Positions 1-13,322 of a stretch of DNA of 64,000 nt are shown here, piece after piece (within the stretch, counting starts at the first letter, position 1; every line of letters starts with the position of its first letter). The DNA is taken from contig OY253670.1 of the NCBI GenBank assembly GCA_958009085.1, positions 1,240,001 to 1,304,000 on the forward strand, read 5' to 3'. Below the pieces are notes generated by a model. The model saw nothing but the letters and a program-made list of their open reading frames with translations, did not search any database and was not told the origin of the DNA. Source of the DNA: Protoeuglena noctilucae. Taxonomy: Eukaryota. Position numbers and translations under genes: made by a program.

Positions 1-434
1 CGGGTCTTGATGAGGCCACTGGAAACACTGGAAGCCATAAACGGTGCAACGAGAGGCGGCCGCGAGCCAACGAGAGCGTTCTGCGCTCAACAGCCAGCGG
101 ATGGCAGCCGCACCTGACGGCCTTCATTTCCTCTCTCAAGCTGTTCTCGGACAAAAGCGACGTTCTCCCAGGACGTCGTGCGTCGATGCCAATGTATGCT
201 GCTGCGCGATCCAGACCCCAGGCCCTTCTGCGGGCTGGTACACTCGCCAGTGCACGATGGTGCCAGTGTTTGGCGAGCGGGACCAAACCGGGCGCTGGAT
301 CCGCGGCGCAGCACAGAGACATCTGCCCGCGATCGTGCGGAGCAACAGCGTGGAAGGCGGGCCCAGGGGAGTTGAGACTCGACACACAGGGGCAGGCGGA
401 GCAGGTCGCCGCGGGCGAGGGTGCTGCCCCGACG

Positions 435-3400
435 ATGGCGCCCGAGGTTGACACGACCAGGCTCGCGCCGGAGCCCAGAGCCGGGTCCGCGCTCCCGGCC
501 GAGCCTCCCAAGGGAGCGGAGGAATGCAACGTGTGCGTGGCTGTCCACGTGCGGCCTCTCATCCACGAGGAGATTATTCAGGAATGCAAGGAGACGATAT
601 CGGTCACCCCGAACTCCCCTCAGGTGCGAATAATTGCGCCCGCTTTCGGACCCCTGGACCCCCACGCATTTTGAAAGCCACGGCTCGACACCCCGCCCAT
701 CGCTTTCCAAGCCCGATCCTGTCGCTCGAGTGTACGGTTTCCTGTTCATCGCCCCGCTTCGTCCCCTTGGCGCCCCACCCGGCGCTGAGGGGCGGCCCAG
801 GTCAGGACGTTGTCGTGGGCCGGACCCGCCGCGCCCATCCGCGCTTCTCGTCCCCCCGCAGGTCACGCTGTCGTCACTTCATCAGTTCACCTTTGACTAC
901 GTGTACGGCGGGGACCACGGCCGGCCACCTTCGGAGCTCTACGGGCAATGCGTGAAGCCGCTCGTCGAGGGACTCTTCCGCGGCTATAACGCCACTGTGC
1001 TGGCCTACGGGTACGGGGCGGTGCATAAAAAATGATGTGCTTGCATGTGCTGTACTGCAAAGGAAGCCGCGTTGTCCTCCACCCTGCCAAAGCAACCCTG
1101 GGATGCCACCCTGCCCGTCTTTCGCCCTGGGCGCAGCCAGACGGGATCCGGAAAGACTTACACGATGGGCAGCGCCTTCACTCCTGGCGGCCCCAGGTGC
1201 GGCGTCATCCCCGAGGCCATGACGACGCTCTTTGAGATTTGCCGGTACGTCCCTCCAGCAACAAGACGCAGCAACAGACACACCCCTTACCGACCCGCTC
1301 GCTCACGCTCACGTGCGTAAACCATGCGCCCTGGCCCCTGCACACCCGCATGCACCCATCGCCCCTGACCCTCGCCCTTAGCGCCGCACCTACCCCCGCC
1401 ACTCCTTACCCCCTCTGCCCCACCTTTGCAGCCGCGAGTCGGACATGTATGACTTTTCCATCAGCGCATCGTTCGTGGAGATCTATCGGGAGGACATCCG
1501 GGACCTGCTGGCCCCCGCGGCCCCCCCCGTGAGCGTGCGGGAGCTGCCCGGGGGTGGCGTGTGCCTGGCTGGGGCCACCGAGCAGCCCGTGGGCAGCATG
1601 GAGGACATGGCGCAGCTCATCGAACGGGGCACGCTGTGCCGCGCCACGTCGGCGACGGGCATGAACAAACGCTCCTCGCGGTCCCACGCCATCTTCACCA
1701 TCTCGCTGGAGAAGCGCCGCAGGGACACAAGCGGGCCGTCACCCTCGGGGCCCGCCGCGTCCGACGACAGCGGTGGCGCGGGCCTGGGCCACGCGGTCGA
1801 GTCCCCCCGGGATGCAACCGCGGCGGAGGACGAGGTGGGAGAGGCCGACTACGTGTGCGCCAAGGTGAGCTTGCGGGGGGCGAGGGAAGAGGGATGCGGG
1901 ACTTGGCTCACGGCTCCTGGGTCCTCGCTCTGTTGTTTCCCACTTCACCTTAGCACCGCTACCCGCCGCGTCACCCCATCGCCCACCCCGTCACCCCACC
2001 ACCCACCCCGCCACCCCACCACCCTCCCCTTCGCCCCACCACCCGCCCCTGCTCGTCTGCCCAGATGCACCTGGTGGACCTGGCGGGTTCCGAGCGCGCC
2101 AAGCGCACCAAGGCGGAGGGCGTGCGCCTGAAGGAGGGCATCAAGATCAACCAGGGCCTCTTCGCCCTGGGCAAGGTCATCAGCGCGCTGTGCGACGACA
2201 CCCGGCGGGGCGCGCACGTTCCCTACCGCGAGTCGCGGCTCACGCGGCTCCTCCAGGACAGCCTCGGGGGCAACTCCCGCACCGTCATGCTCGCATGCGT
2301 GTCCCCCGCTGACGTCAACTTCGAGGAGACCCTCAGCACCCTCAAGTACGCCGACCGGGCGCGCATGATCCGCAACAAGCCCACCGTCAACCGCGACCCC
2401 ATGGCAGCCGAGGTGTCCTCCCTCAGGCGAGACGGGGACGCAGGGCGCGGCGGGCCGGGCCGTGGCGTGGCTGGGGATGCTCCCACGGTGGGTGCGCTGC
2501 GGCTGGGCTGTTGTCGAAAAGGTGCTGTGACGCTTTGCCATCTCGCAGGCAGCAGCTGGCGCTGGCCAAGGCGGAGCTGGCGGCCGCGCGCGCCGCGCTG
2601 TGCGGGGCGGCCCCCGCCAGCGTGGCGTCCCTGCGGGCGGGCGGTGGCGACGCGGCGTGGGAGGCGGCCGTGACGGAACTCGAGGCCAGGGCCCAGCGGG
2701 CGGAGGCGGAGGTGAGGGGCGGCGGACATGGATATAGTCACAGAGACTGGCGGTGCGCATGCCTGTCAGGGGAGCGGCCACCTGCCTACCCCTACAGCCT
2801 TGCCACCCCCGCGACCCGACCCTTCCGTCGCGCCCCACCGCAGGTCTCTCGCCTGCAGGCGGAGCTGCGCACGGCCACGTCGCGGCTGGTGGAGGCGCAG
2901 GCGCAGCGGGACGCCTGGGAGGGTCGCTGCCGGGACTTGCTAGACAAGGCGCGGGAGCGCGGGTGGGACGCCAGGGCGGACCTGCAGCTCGCGGGGGAGG
3001 AGCCCAGCAAGCACGGGGCGGAGGTGTACCTCGGCCGCATCGCCGAGCTCGAGGGGGAGTGCGCCAGGCTCAAGGTGGGGCCAGGGCACGGGCATGGGGG
3101 AGCGCCGGTGCAGATGGGGGGGTGCCGGGACCGCGGGGGGGGTGCCGGGACCGCGTGGGGGGTACCTGTGGCTGACACTCGCTGCACAGGAGCCGTGCAA
3201 GCGCGGTGGTCCTGCCGAGCAATGTCACCGCCCGTCACGTGCGCCCCGCCCCGCCCCGCCACCTCCCATCTCTAACCGCAAGCTTCCTCCACCCCCGCCC
3301 CCCCAGAACGAGGCCGCCGTCACCGAGGCCTTCCTGTCGGCCCGCCGCATGTCCATCGACCTGGCCCGCGTGCCCGAGGAGCCTCTGCTCGAGGCGGCCC

Positions 3401-6400
3401 AGGCGGCGGAGGAGGACGGGGTGGGGGCCGCGATGGGCGACGAGGTGGAGAGCGCGGTCGAGGAGCAGGTCTTCCTGGCGGAGCAGTCCAGGTGGGCGTT
3501 CATGTGAATTGGCAGTTCTAGCAATACTGCGTTAGTAGTACTCAAGAAGTGGTAGTATCGGTCGCAGTGGTGGATGAACTGGGGCAGTGGGGTGGGTGGT
3601 GGTGTAGTGGTTGGTGGTCTACGGCCACCCGATGCATGCCGCCTGCAACTGAAAGGTCTTTTGTATCTCCTTCGTGTCTCGCAGGCTGGGGATGTGCATG
3701 GAGGACTTGAACCGGCAGCTGCGGGCCAAGGAGGAGCAGGTCCGCCAGATGAGTCAGGTGTCGGTGGTCAAGGCGGTGTACGAGAAGAAACTGGCCGAGG
3801 TGAGAGAGGAGTGGGGATGATGAGGGTGATGAGAGGAGAGGAGTGAAGGGATGAGAGGGGCTGGCAGAGGTGAGAGAGGGGTGGGGGTGATGAGAGGAGA
3901 GGAATGGGGTGATAGTGAGAAGCTGGCTGACACTGCGATTGGGGTTGCTGGCTCAGTGCGTGGGTGGTGACTGTAGCTGTGGCTGTGGCTGCGATGTCAG
4001 GAGAATGGAGTAAGTCATACCGTTCCACGCATCTCTCGCCCCCGCAGCTGGAGGACGAGCGTGGGCAGCTGGAGGACGAGCGGTCGCGGCTGAGCCAGGC
4101 GATGCGGGACCTGAAGAAGACGGGGGCGGTGAACGCGACAGAGAGAGAGGCCAAGCACAGGTGCGGGGGGGGGGGGGGAGGGGGGGGGGTTACTGCGGGG
4201 GGGAAAGGGCCTAATGCATTGCGGCTGTGGCTGTGTTGTATCTGAAACAAGCACAGAGGCGCACACCTTCCTGTGATGGGCGTCCGCACCCGCCCTATGC
4301 GAGCGTGGCGACCGTGACGCCGGCGCTCCTCGCCTCGCAGGCAGCGCTTGGCTGAACTGGAGGGGCGCCTGCGGGAGCTGGAGAGGGAGCGCGCGCGGCT
4401 CCGGGACCTGGAGCGGACCAAGGCACGCGCCGAGGAGGCGTGCAAGCGACTGGAGGAGGAGATCCGAGGGCTGAAGCAGCACAAGTGAGTGGGACAGTCC
4501 AGGGGTGAAGCGGCACTAGTGAGTGGGACAGTCGAGGGGGCGTTGGTGCAGCTGGTTTGAAACGTGGCATGTGGCACGTGGCACGCAGGGTGCAGCTGTC
4601 GCGTCAGATGGAGGCGGCTGCGAAGGAGTTCCAGGAGTTCAAGCGGACGAAGGAGAAGGAGATGATGCAGCTGAGGTGAGAGAGAGTGCAAACGGAACGA
4701 GATGAGGGGGGAGCGACGCGCCCCCTGGTTGTGTAGAGGGCCAGTTTGTTGGGCGCGGGCACGTGGCGACGGAGTGCGACCCCGCCTTGCGCCCTTCCTG
4801 GTTGTCGCAGGCGCGCGGGGCAGCGTGGCCAGCTGCAGGTGGAGCGCATGCGGGCGCTCCATGAGAAGCAACAGCAGGTTCTGCGGCGGAAGACGGAGGT
4901 GAGGGGCGCGCTTCTTACTCCCTATCGCACCGGGGGTGTTAAGCCACCACACATACAGCAGCACTGCAGTGCCACCACCTGTGGGTGCCATGGACCCCAC
5001 ATGACTTGCCAGGGATTCTATAAGACAATTTAAGGACCCCACATGACGTGAGCCACCCCGTGCCTGGTACCCAGGAGGCCGACGCGGCCCGGCGTCGCCT
5101 CAAGGAGCTCACGATGCGCCAGGCGGCGGTACAGGCCTCCCGGCCCCAGAGCGCCAGCAGCAAGGCGTCCGACGCGCCCGAGTGCCAACCCCACGGCATG
5201 GCCCCGCTGCTCAGGTGACGCTCGCAGTTAGATGCGGGTGCGGCAGGGCTGTTCGCAGGGCTGTTCACAGGACTGCTGGGTGATGAGGGTCCGTGCCATG
5301 AGATGACATGGCAACGGGGCTCTGTGGCGTGCAGGGACGAGCGCAGCCGGGAGGAGTGGGTGGAGGGCGAGATGGCGGTGGTGCTGCGGGGGCGGGAGAT
5401 CGAGAGGGTGCTGAGCGGGGAGACGGCGCAAAGGGCGGCCCTGGCCCAGGCCCTCCAGGCCAAGCGGCAGGCGAGACAGCAGCACAGCTGCACTAACACG
5501 AGGGTTCAGGCGGTCGTGAGACTGACCCCGTCCAGCTCAGCCACAGCGGTACCTGGGGCAGCTGTAAGTCTGATCTCAGCCGTTCCTGACTCTTTCACAG
5601 GAGCTGCGGCAGCTGGGGCAGTCCCCGGAGGCAGAGGCGGTGCGTGGCGCAGTGGCGTCGATGGAGGCCCGCATCGCCCAGCACACGGCCGACATCCGGG
5701 ACCTGCAGGAGCAGCTGGGACAGGCGAGATGGGGCGCAATGCCGCCCAGTGACTGGCATCACCACGCTCCTTACCCCACACCCCACGAATCGCGATGTGG
5801 CATGCCGTGTGCCCGCTACCCCACCCTCACCCCCTCCCTGCCCAACCTTGCTTGTGCCCGTCTGTTCCCAGGCCCGCGTGGAGCGTGGTGATGAGAAGAG
5901 CGTGGCCGCTTCGGACGTGCGCCGGTGGTCGGGCATCCGCAACACGATCGAGGGCCGCACGATGCTGCGGACGCTCTTCCGCGTGGCGGTGCGGGAGAGG
6001 GAGGCGAGGGCGGAGACGGAGGAGGCGTTAGTCGAGGTGAGGGAGCGAGGCGGGGGTGGGGAGACTGGTGGGGGCAGTCGTGGTGGTGAGGGATTGGTAA
6101 CGTGGTGCTTGGGTAACCAAGGTGGTGATGGTGCTAAGGACTCTCCTCTGGTGGGGTGGTGACATCTATCTTCGACCCTTGGCTGTTATACATTAATACG
6201 TGTCTGTGCCCACGCACGTGCAGGCTAAGGAGAGGGCCGAGCTGCTGACAATCGAGGTGGTGGCGCTGAAGAGGGAGCTGGCCGAGGCGCTGAGGCAGAA
6301 GGCGGCCGCGGAGGTGACGACCCGCGAAGCCGCATGGATTGCCCAGCTTTCCATCGGCACCTGCACCCACACGCTTCCGTGCCCACCTGTACCCGCACGC

Positions 6401-7829
6401 TCCCCGTCTGCTCGCCTGCCCACCCGCACCCACCCTTTCTCCGTCCCCAGGCGGCGTCCCACGCGGCCCTCGAGATGGCAAAGAAGGTCGCCACGCCGTC
6501 CAAGACCAGGCCCCTCCAGGACGCCACCAACGCCGAGGGTCCCGGTGCCGCGGCGCGTTCCGGGCCTGGGCCCATGCCCCCCCGGTCGCCGCTCTCCGAG
6601 GCCCTGGCGGGGGGACTGGCGCGGGCGACGGCCAACGGCGTCTGGCAGAGGTGCGGCGGGCAGCGTTGCCGTGGCAGGGCCCTGCACCTCTCGCTGTTGG
6701 GCCGTGCCGGATGCATGGGCGATGNNNNNNNNNNNNNNNNNNNNNNNNNNNNNNNNNNNNNNNNNNNNNNNNNNNNNNNNNNNNNNNNNNNNNNNNNNNN
6801 NNNNNNNNNNNNNNNNNNNNNNNNNNNNNNNNNNNNNNNNNNNNNNNNNNNNNNNNNNNNNNNNNNNNNNNNNNNNNNNNNNNNNNNNNNNNNNNNNNNN
6901 NNNNNNNNNNNNNNNNNNNNNNNNCTTCCTCGCCACCTGCAGTCCGGCGGCATCTCCGGCCAGCAGACGCCCCACCTGCGCCCTAACCACCCGCGGGCGG
7001 ACCCCGCGCGCTGGGCGGACGCCGTGGCGGACCTGCCGCCCGCGCCGGTCGCCGACGCCCAGCAAGACGTGGAGATGATGGACTGCGACGCGTCGCCCCT
7101 GCCCGCCCGGCCCCAGGGTCCGCCCCCCGGCGCCCGGCGCTACGCCAGCGGAGCGTCGGACCTGCCCAGCGCATCGGAGGGCGCCACGGGCGGGTCGGCG
7201 GGCGTCGCGTGCGCCTCCCCCGACTCCGAGGGTCCCTCCTCCGCGTCGACAGGCGCCTCGTCCCGAACCCAGGTGCAGCACTCGGCACCAGTGCTCCTCG
7301 CCCTCCCCACGCCGCCTGACTGGCCCGGCCCTGGCACCCCTTCGCCGCTGACATCTCTCGTCTTCACTGCCCGCAGCACCTGCTGCAGCGCGCCCAGGCG
7401 TCACGGGAGCGCGCGGAGGCGTTGCTGACACGCGCCCTGTCCGGGTCAACTTCCCAGGGATCCCGGGCCTCTGCCCCTGGCGCCACCCCCGACGCCGCTC
7501 AGGGATCGCCCTCGGGGGCCGAGAGCGGCCTGGCAGTCGCGGGCAGCTCCGCCGTCGCGCACCCGCGGGTGGTGAGTGCTTTATACTGCAACCCAGTCAC
7601 CGCATCCTGTGCATGGCAAGGCAGCAGGGGGCGACATGCAACGCGCGACCCCTTCCCTGCCCCGCAGTCTCCCCGCCGCAGCCCCCTCAGCCCCCTCTCC
7701 CCCAACTCGGTCCACAACTCCCCCAACGTCGGACCCCGCGCCAAGTCCGGCGCCGCCGACGCGACGGCCGAGCGAGTGGCGGAGCTCGCGGGCAAGCACC
7801 AGTTCACGTTCGCGCCCCCGCCGCAGTGA
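435..7829 (+). CDS. Kinesin-4 family (KIF4/FRA1-like) motor protein, multi-exon, spans an assembly gap
   Basis: Spliced exons give kinesin motifs [59 protein letters not shown] and [21 protein letters not shown], followed by a long coiled coil ([23 protein letters not shown]). The start could be 186 (same frame). C-terminal exons are uncertain around the gap. Confidence 0.9.
6725..6924. other. Assembly gap (200 N)
   Basis: Run of N bases within the kinesin gene. Confidence 0.99.
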
Positions 7830-7963
7830 GGGGCCAGAGAGGCCGACGCAGTTGAGCACACAGAGCGGCCGTGTGTCGTAACAGACGATGTGATCATCGC
7901 AGTTGATCCGTGATTTGGAACCAGGAGACGACAGCTGGCGGCAGCTGCTGCGCCATGACGCCG

Positions 7964-8788
7964 CTACCCAATCTCGAGAAGGGCGCTCTGAGCCCCGCTG
8001 CCGCCACACCCAGGACATGCCGCGATGCCCGTGCTCTGGCACCCCTTGCAGCCCTGTGTCGCTGCCACGCCCTGCTCCAGACCCTCCATCTCCGCTCGCG
8101 GCAGCCACCCGCTCGCCCACCGATCCCGATCCCGCAAAGTCTGCAAGAAACCGAAACGCATCCCTTACTGCTTTGCGTCAAAAGCTGCACCAACCCAAAC
8201 GTCCTGACCTCTGCGCGTCTCTCACCTTGACCGGAACCCACAGCTTGACGTCCTGGTCGCACGTGGCAACCAGCAGCGCGAGGCGTGTCTTCCCCAGCTG
8301 CCGAGATGCTGTCACGTGGAAGTGGCGCCAGCCAAAGGTCCTCTCCATCGCCGTCCACGTCGATCCCACCACGCGCCGCGAATCAAACGTGTTGCGCTTG
8401 TGGAAGCCTCCCCTGCACGAAGGCAACTCACTCGATGTGCGTGGGTGGAAGGAAAGCCACTGCAGCGCTCCCCGCCAATGGATGTCGAGCAGCGGCCGCC
8501 GAGCACTTGCCTTCCCAGCGTCCCTGAGCCTCCGCAGGCTGGACATACGACGATGCCTTCTCCGCTGCATCGGATGCACCGTGCCTCAGCCGTCTCCGCG
8601 TGCGCGGCTTGCGCAGGCCCTCGGGAGCGCGATGAGGCACGGGGGGACGCTGTCTGCGCCGTCCAGCTGGCAGTGGGTGGGCGCGCGTGGCCGACGTAGC
8701 AAAATCTAGGCTTAAACCGATGACCGTAAAAGGGCTGGATGGTGTGCGCGGTCAGGGTCAGGCTAGGAAGATGAGGGCGCCCGGCCAT
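7964..8788 (-). CDS. DnaJ-type CxxCxGxG zinc-finger protein with an inserted Trp-rich (TIGR02450-like) domain, 3 exons
   Basis: Exons 8788-8511 (GC donor), 8412-8226 and 8140-7964 join in frame: CIRCSGEG..CPACGGSG, GSTWTAMERTFGWRHFHV..LVATCD..LWV..LRDRDRWASGW, CKGCQSTG..CPGCGGSG. Confidence 0.75.
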
Positions 8789-9063
8789 TCTTCGTGGGGG
8801 CCGTGCCGTGCGCTCGAAATGAATCTCAGCAGTGCATGACAGTCAGCGGCTAGATGTACAAACGATTGTCCCAAGCATTATTGCGCGAGGCCAATGACAT
8901 CGGCAATTCGTGAAACCAGGTCAAGCAAGGGTGCGCCAGACACACTTACTCGTGCCTAGCCTGTCCCCTGCGCCTTTCCTCCCACAAACACGAAAGTCTT
9001 AGAGACACCTGCAGCACTCATTTCCTGACCCGGCCTTCAGCTCGTTATACGCATTTGCTGCCA

Positions 9064-10415
9064 ATGGCAGCGCCCAGAGCGGCGGCCCCTCCCGTTGTTC
9101 CCAGCCCGCCGCGTCCGCTCGAGAAGCTCTGGCGCATTCGCGCCGAAGTGCAGTACGATGGCGCCACCTTCGCGGGCTTCCAGCGGCAGCCGGACAAGAA
9201 CACCGTGCAGGGCGTGGTGGAGAAGGCGCTGCGGCGCGTGGTTGGCGAACACCGTGCCGTCTCTGCGGCTTCGCGGACAGGTGAGCGTCGCAAGTCTACC
9301 CCGCTGCACGCGTGATGATATCGCACGACTGCCACTGCCACTACCGTCCTCGCAGACACGGGCGTGCACGCCCACGCACTCACGCTGCACTTCGACTTGT
9401 CAGCCCCGCACCTGAGCCGGATCAGCGCGCTGCGTGGTGACGAGCCCTCGACATCCTACGATGGAGAGGAGGACATACGCGCGATTCTAAGCTTCATGGA
9501 GGCGCGTGGGAGGGGGTCAGCGCATGCGAGGTGCTGGTGGCCAAGCCTGGTGGCAGACGGTGGCAAGCACCTCCTGCCACAATCCCTTCGCAGTTGCGCC
9601 TCAACATCTTTTTGTTCCAAGAAACCCACGGCGCCGTGTGCGTCCGCGGCGTCCGGTGGGCTCCTGGGTTCAACGCGGTGACCTCCCGAGGGAAGCGCTA
9701 CACGTACAGGGTCTGCTGGGTCCCACCAACCGTGGAGCAGGCGAGGCGCACGTGGTGGATGGTCCAGCGGTGGCAGCAGCACCACCACCGCATGCCCGCG
9801 CACGTGGACGAGTGCCAGCTCTGCGTCGAGGCCATGCAAGAGGTCGCGGCCGCCATTTCGGGAACGAGAGACTTCCGGGCTTTCAAGGGAAGGCAGCGGC
9901 CTCACGGGCCGGGCAACAAGCGCAAGCAGTGGCTCAGGAACCGATCTAGGCTTGCCCGGCGGGAGGGCCAGCGTGAGGAGGGGCCCCGGGAGGACGAGGG
10001 CCACGATCAAGGCGAGGGCGAGGGCGACAGCGGGGGCGAGGAGGATGGGGAGGAAGTGCAGACCCAAGGCACGGACGGCGCCCTGGAGCGAAAGCCCGGA
10101 GTGCGGACCGTCCACATCACAGGCAAGACTGGGGACCCAAAGGGGCATTTGCACTGCGTGAGGGTCCCGTCTCACTTCCCCTGCGTGCGGCCCCTGGACG
10201 CAGTGGAGGAGGAGTCTCCCGGGCACGTGTTGTTCGAGTTCGTGGGAAGCGGGTTCATGTTCCAGATGTGCCGAGTCCTGGCATCGGTTCTGGTGGAAGT
10301 CGGTGTGGGCCGGCTAATGAGGGAAGACGTTTTGGCCCAAATGGAGAGGGCGGAGCCTTTCCCGCTGTACCCGGCACCCGCGAACGCGCTCGTGCTGGAA
10401 GAGGTGCTGTATTGA
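9064..10415 (+). CDS. truA: tRNA pseudouridine synthase, TruA family, 3 exons
   Basis: YDGATFAGFQRQ, spliced ASRTDTGVHA with the catalytic Asp, KRYTY, GTRDFRAF, GSGFMFQMCR, PAPANALVLEEVLY. Confidence 0.9.
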
Positions 10416-10549
10416 CCAATGGCACGCGACGACCGTGAGTTCAAGCGGATTTAGGGACTAGGTTGGGCGTGCGGCCGCGTGGCAGGGAATCACCCTGCTT
10501 TGCGCCTGTGCCTGCGGCGGTCACTCGGGTCCAACAGGCCGCGAGAGCC

Positions 10550-11677
10550 TCATGCGGTCGCCTGCTTGAGATAAGCGATGAGATCGGCCCGCTCCTGAGG
10601 CTTCTGCGAGGAAGGAGAGGGCCAGCGACACGGCTTTCCGCTCTCCCATCGAGCTGCGATGCGCACGAGCCGGCCCAGAGCTCTGACGACCGCTCGCGAC
10701 GCTGAGCGAGGGATGACGCGCTCACCTTGAGCCCCGCGAACACCATCTTGGTCCCCGGGATGTACTTCTTGGGGTTGAGGAGGTACTCGTACAGCGTGTT
10801 CTCGTTCCACGTCACGCCGCTGTTCTGCAGGCGCCGAAAGCGATGGAGCGGTCAGCAGTCTGTCACAGAAAGAGCGCGGCACCGGCGGCAGCGATGCAGC
10901 GGGCGGTACGAGGGCCCGCCCCCTTGCTGTCCACGCCCCTCCGCCACTGGCCCCGCGCAGGCTGCCGCGAGGGACTCCGCGAGATCCGACGTCACCAGCA
11001 GGCGACATCACTCGCCTTGTTGGCATCAGAGTAGCTGAAGCCCGCCGCCTGCCCCGACTGACGCCCGAAAAGGCCCCCAAGGTTCGGACCCTGCGCGACG
11101 AAATGGCGGGCACGGCGTGGGTCCGAGGCTGCAAGGCGGGTCGCAGAAGCACCACATTCGACGTGCCCATCGAATGAGAGCGCTTCTGCCCGGCCAAACG
11201 CGATGCGCTCTCCCGGCGCGGCGCAGGTGGCTGGGCCAGGCTGGCAGGAGGTGCGGCCCCAGAGACCCTGCCAGGGCTCGCGGGACCCAAAACCAGGCCT
11301 CGCGTCTCGAAACGAGTCATAACGGAGCCGACTCGAGCGTCCCGGACGCCATCGGCAAAATGCTTCGTTAAGAGCGCTCGGACGGCCTCGAAGCGCACGC
11401 GCGGCTGGCCCTCCCGACGCCCGGCGACCCAATTGCACCTCCTCGTCGCGCACGAGCGTCGGGAGGGCGCCCAGCTGAGCCCGCCGGCCCAGCCCGCCGT
11501 GGGGTAGTCAGCCTCGACAGGGCCCCGCGAGCGCTCGGGATTCTGCCCGCGATGGCGCTCGGTCACCTGCTTGTGCCCGCCCCCCTTCTCCGCGACGTGG
11601 CACTGGGCGCACTTCGTCTTGAAGATTTTGGCGCCGGCAGCGGCATCGCCGGCCGGCGCGTCCGCGAACGTCGCCAT
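10550..11677 (-). CDS. CYC1: Mitochondrial cytochrome c, 4 exons
   Basis: Exons 11677-11567, 11090-11016, 10824-10726 and 10603-10550: [59 protein letters not shown]. Confidence 0.98.
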   Translation of the reverse strand: MATFADAPAGDAAAGAKIFKTKCAQCHVAEKGGGHKQVTERHRGQNPERSRGPVEADYPTAGWAGGLSWAPSRRSCATRRCNWVAGRREGQPRVRFEAVRALLTKHFADGVRDARVGSVMTRFETRGLVLGPASPGRVSGAAPPASLAQPPAPRRESASRLAGQKRSHSMGTSNVVLLRPALQPRTHAVPAISSRRVRTLGAFSGVSRGRRRASATLMPTRRVMSPAGDVGSRGVPRGSLRGASGGGAWTARGRALVPPAASLPPVPRSFCDRLLTAPSLSAPAEQRRDVEREHAVRVPPQPQEVHPGDQDGVRGAQGERVIPRSASRAVVRALGRLVRIAARWESGKPCRWPSPSSQKPQERADLIAYLKQATA

Positions 11678-11985
11678 CTTCCCTCCACACGCTGAGCAAC
11701 GGTAGCGTCTGCGGCGGGGTGGGTTCCCCTGAGCCTTCTTTTGGGCCACTGATGCCGCCAGACGGAGCTGCGCCGGTGCAACTGAGTTGGCCGCGCGCTG
11801 GCCTCCCCACAGGCCGCCCCATACCTTCCTCAGACGTGCGTTTGGAGCTCAACGATCTGCCCGCCCTGGAATTCTTCGCCTGGGCTTGGGCGGATCCCCT
11901 CCAGCCCGCTCACTCTCCAGCATCTGGCCTGCCGGCCCTGGGAGACCAGAGACGCTGTCCTCCCGCGAGTAGCACCTCATCGTGA

Positions 11986-13322
11986 ATGACGCTCGCGCGG
12001 GCAGGCCCCGCGCACTTCGGGGTCTGTCAGCGGCACGGCGCAGGCTCGCACGACCGACCGCAGCGTTGCACGCGCGCCTCCGCGGACGCGGGGGACGGCT
12101 TGACGCGCGGGCCTCCTCACGCCTTCCGCGTGCGCCGAGCACGACCCAGTGATGCCGATAACATTGCGCGGATCTGCGAGGAGTCGTTCGCCGAACAGTT
12201 CAACCACCCCGGACTTGTTCGGAGCCTCCTACTGCCGCATTCCGACCAGGGCGGCGTGGATCTGGCTCACCAGTTGCGCCTGGCGATGATGCGCAAGAGG
12301 GAGGCTGCCATGGAGCACCGCCTAAGCCGAGTGGAGAGGTGCGTTCCGTTGCCCAAGTGTGAGGGTACCATGGCCGGCAGCTGTCACGCGGGCGACGTGC
12401 TGTCCTCAGTCGTGCCCACAGGCAGCGGCGGGCACTGGCTGTGGCCCTGGCTGCGGCCCGTGGAGAGCCATCCATTGTGGGGCCATCGCCAAGGACGGTG
12501 AGACTCACACCTATGGACCCGATGCCGGCATAACTACCCTTCGGAGAGGCCCCATGCCGCTTGCCCAGGATGGCCATTCTGCCGACGCCGTGAACGCGCC
12601 TGGGGTCGCCACGAAGGGCTCCACGAGAGCAGCCATCCTGTGAATCCCCACGCAGGCACAGGAGCTGCGGCAGGAGGCGCGATGGGTCCACCGCCGCAAG
12701 TTTGCGTCTCTGGTGGCGGAGGACGTGGAATCCGGCGAGCTGGTCGCCTGCAGCACGGTGTGCATGATGGCGGCGGAGGCCCTGCTTCCGCCACCCTTCC
12801 CGACCAGCAAGCAGCCGCGCTTCTACGTGTCCAACATCGCGGTGCGCGCCGAGCACCGGCGGAGAGGGGTCGCCAGCACCGTGCTGCAGAGCATCGAGGC
12901 AAGCAACGCTGCAGCGTGTCGCGCACTCCTGGCCGGAAGCACGGCCTCCCCTGAGCTCTGGGAGCCCGGGCTGCAGACACCTCGGCCTCGCTTCCCTGCA
13001 GCTTCTGGCGGCGCGATGGTGCCAGTCTGGTGTGTGGATGCACGTCGACGACGACAACTTGGCGGCGCAGGCGCTGTACCGCAAGCACGGGTACCGGGTC
13101 CACTCCCTCGACCCGCTGTGGGCGTTCGGGCGGCGGCGCATGCTGCTGAGCAAACCTGTGCGGCCGTGGTCGCGCGTATTTGCCAGGACGGCCCTCCCAA
13201 CACCCCGCATGGTGGTCGCGACCCCTAGCGAGGGAGGCGCGAGGGCCCGGAGAGAGCCTGGGGTGTTCGTGTGGACGCGGCATGTAGGCGATGGTGCCGG
13301 GGAGGGGGCCGGCGATGCGTAG
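11986..13322 (+). CDS. GNAT-family N-acetyltransferase, possibly organelle-targeted, 4 exons
   Basis: FRVRRARPSDADNIARIC; AEALLPPPFP..RFYVSNIAVRAEHRRRGVASTVL (acetyl-CoA binding motif A); VWMHVDDDNLAAQALYRKHGY. Confidence 0.85.

Noticed and set aside
11719..11985. Short ORF between cytochrome c and GNAT
   Set aside because: It lies in the divergent promoter/5' UTR region and has no motif or splice support.
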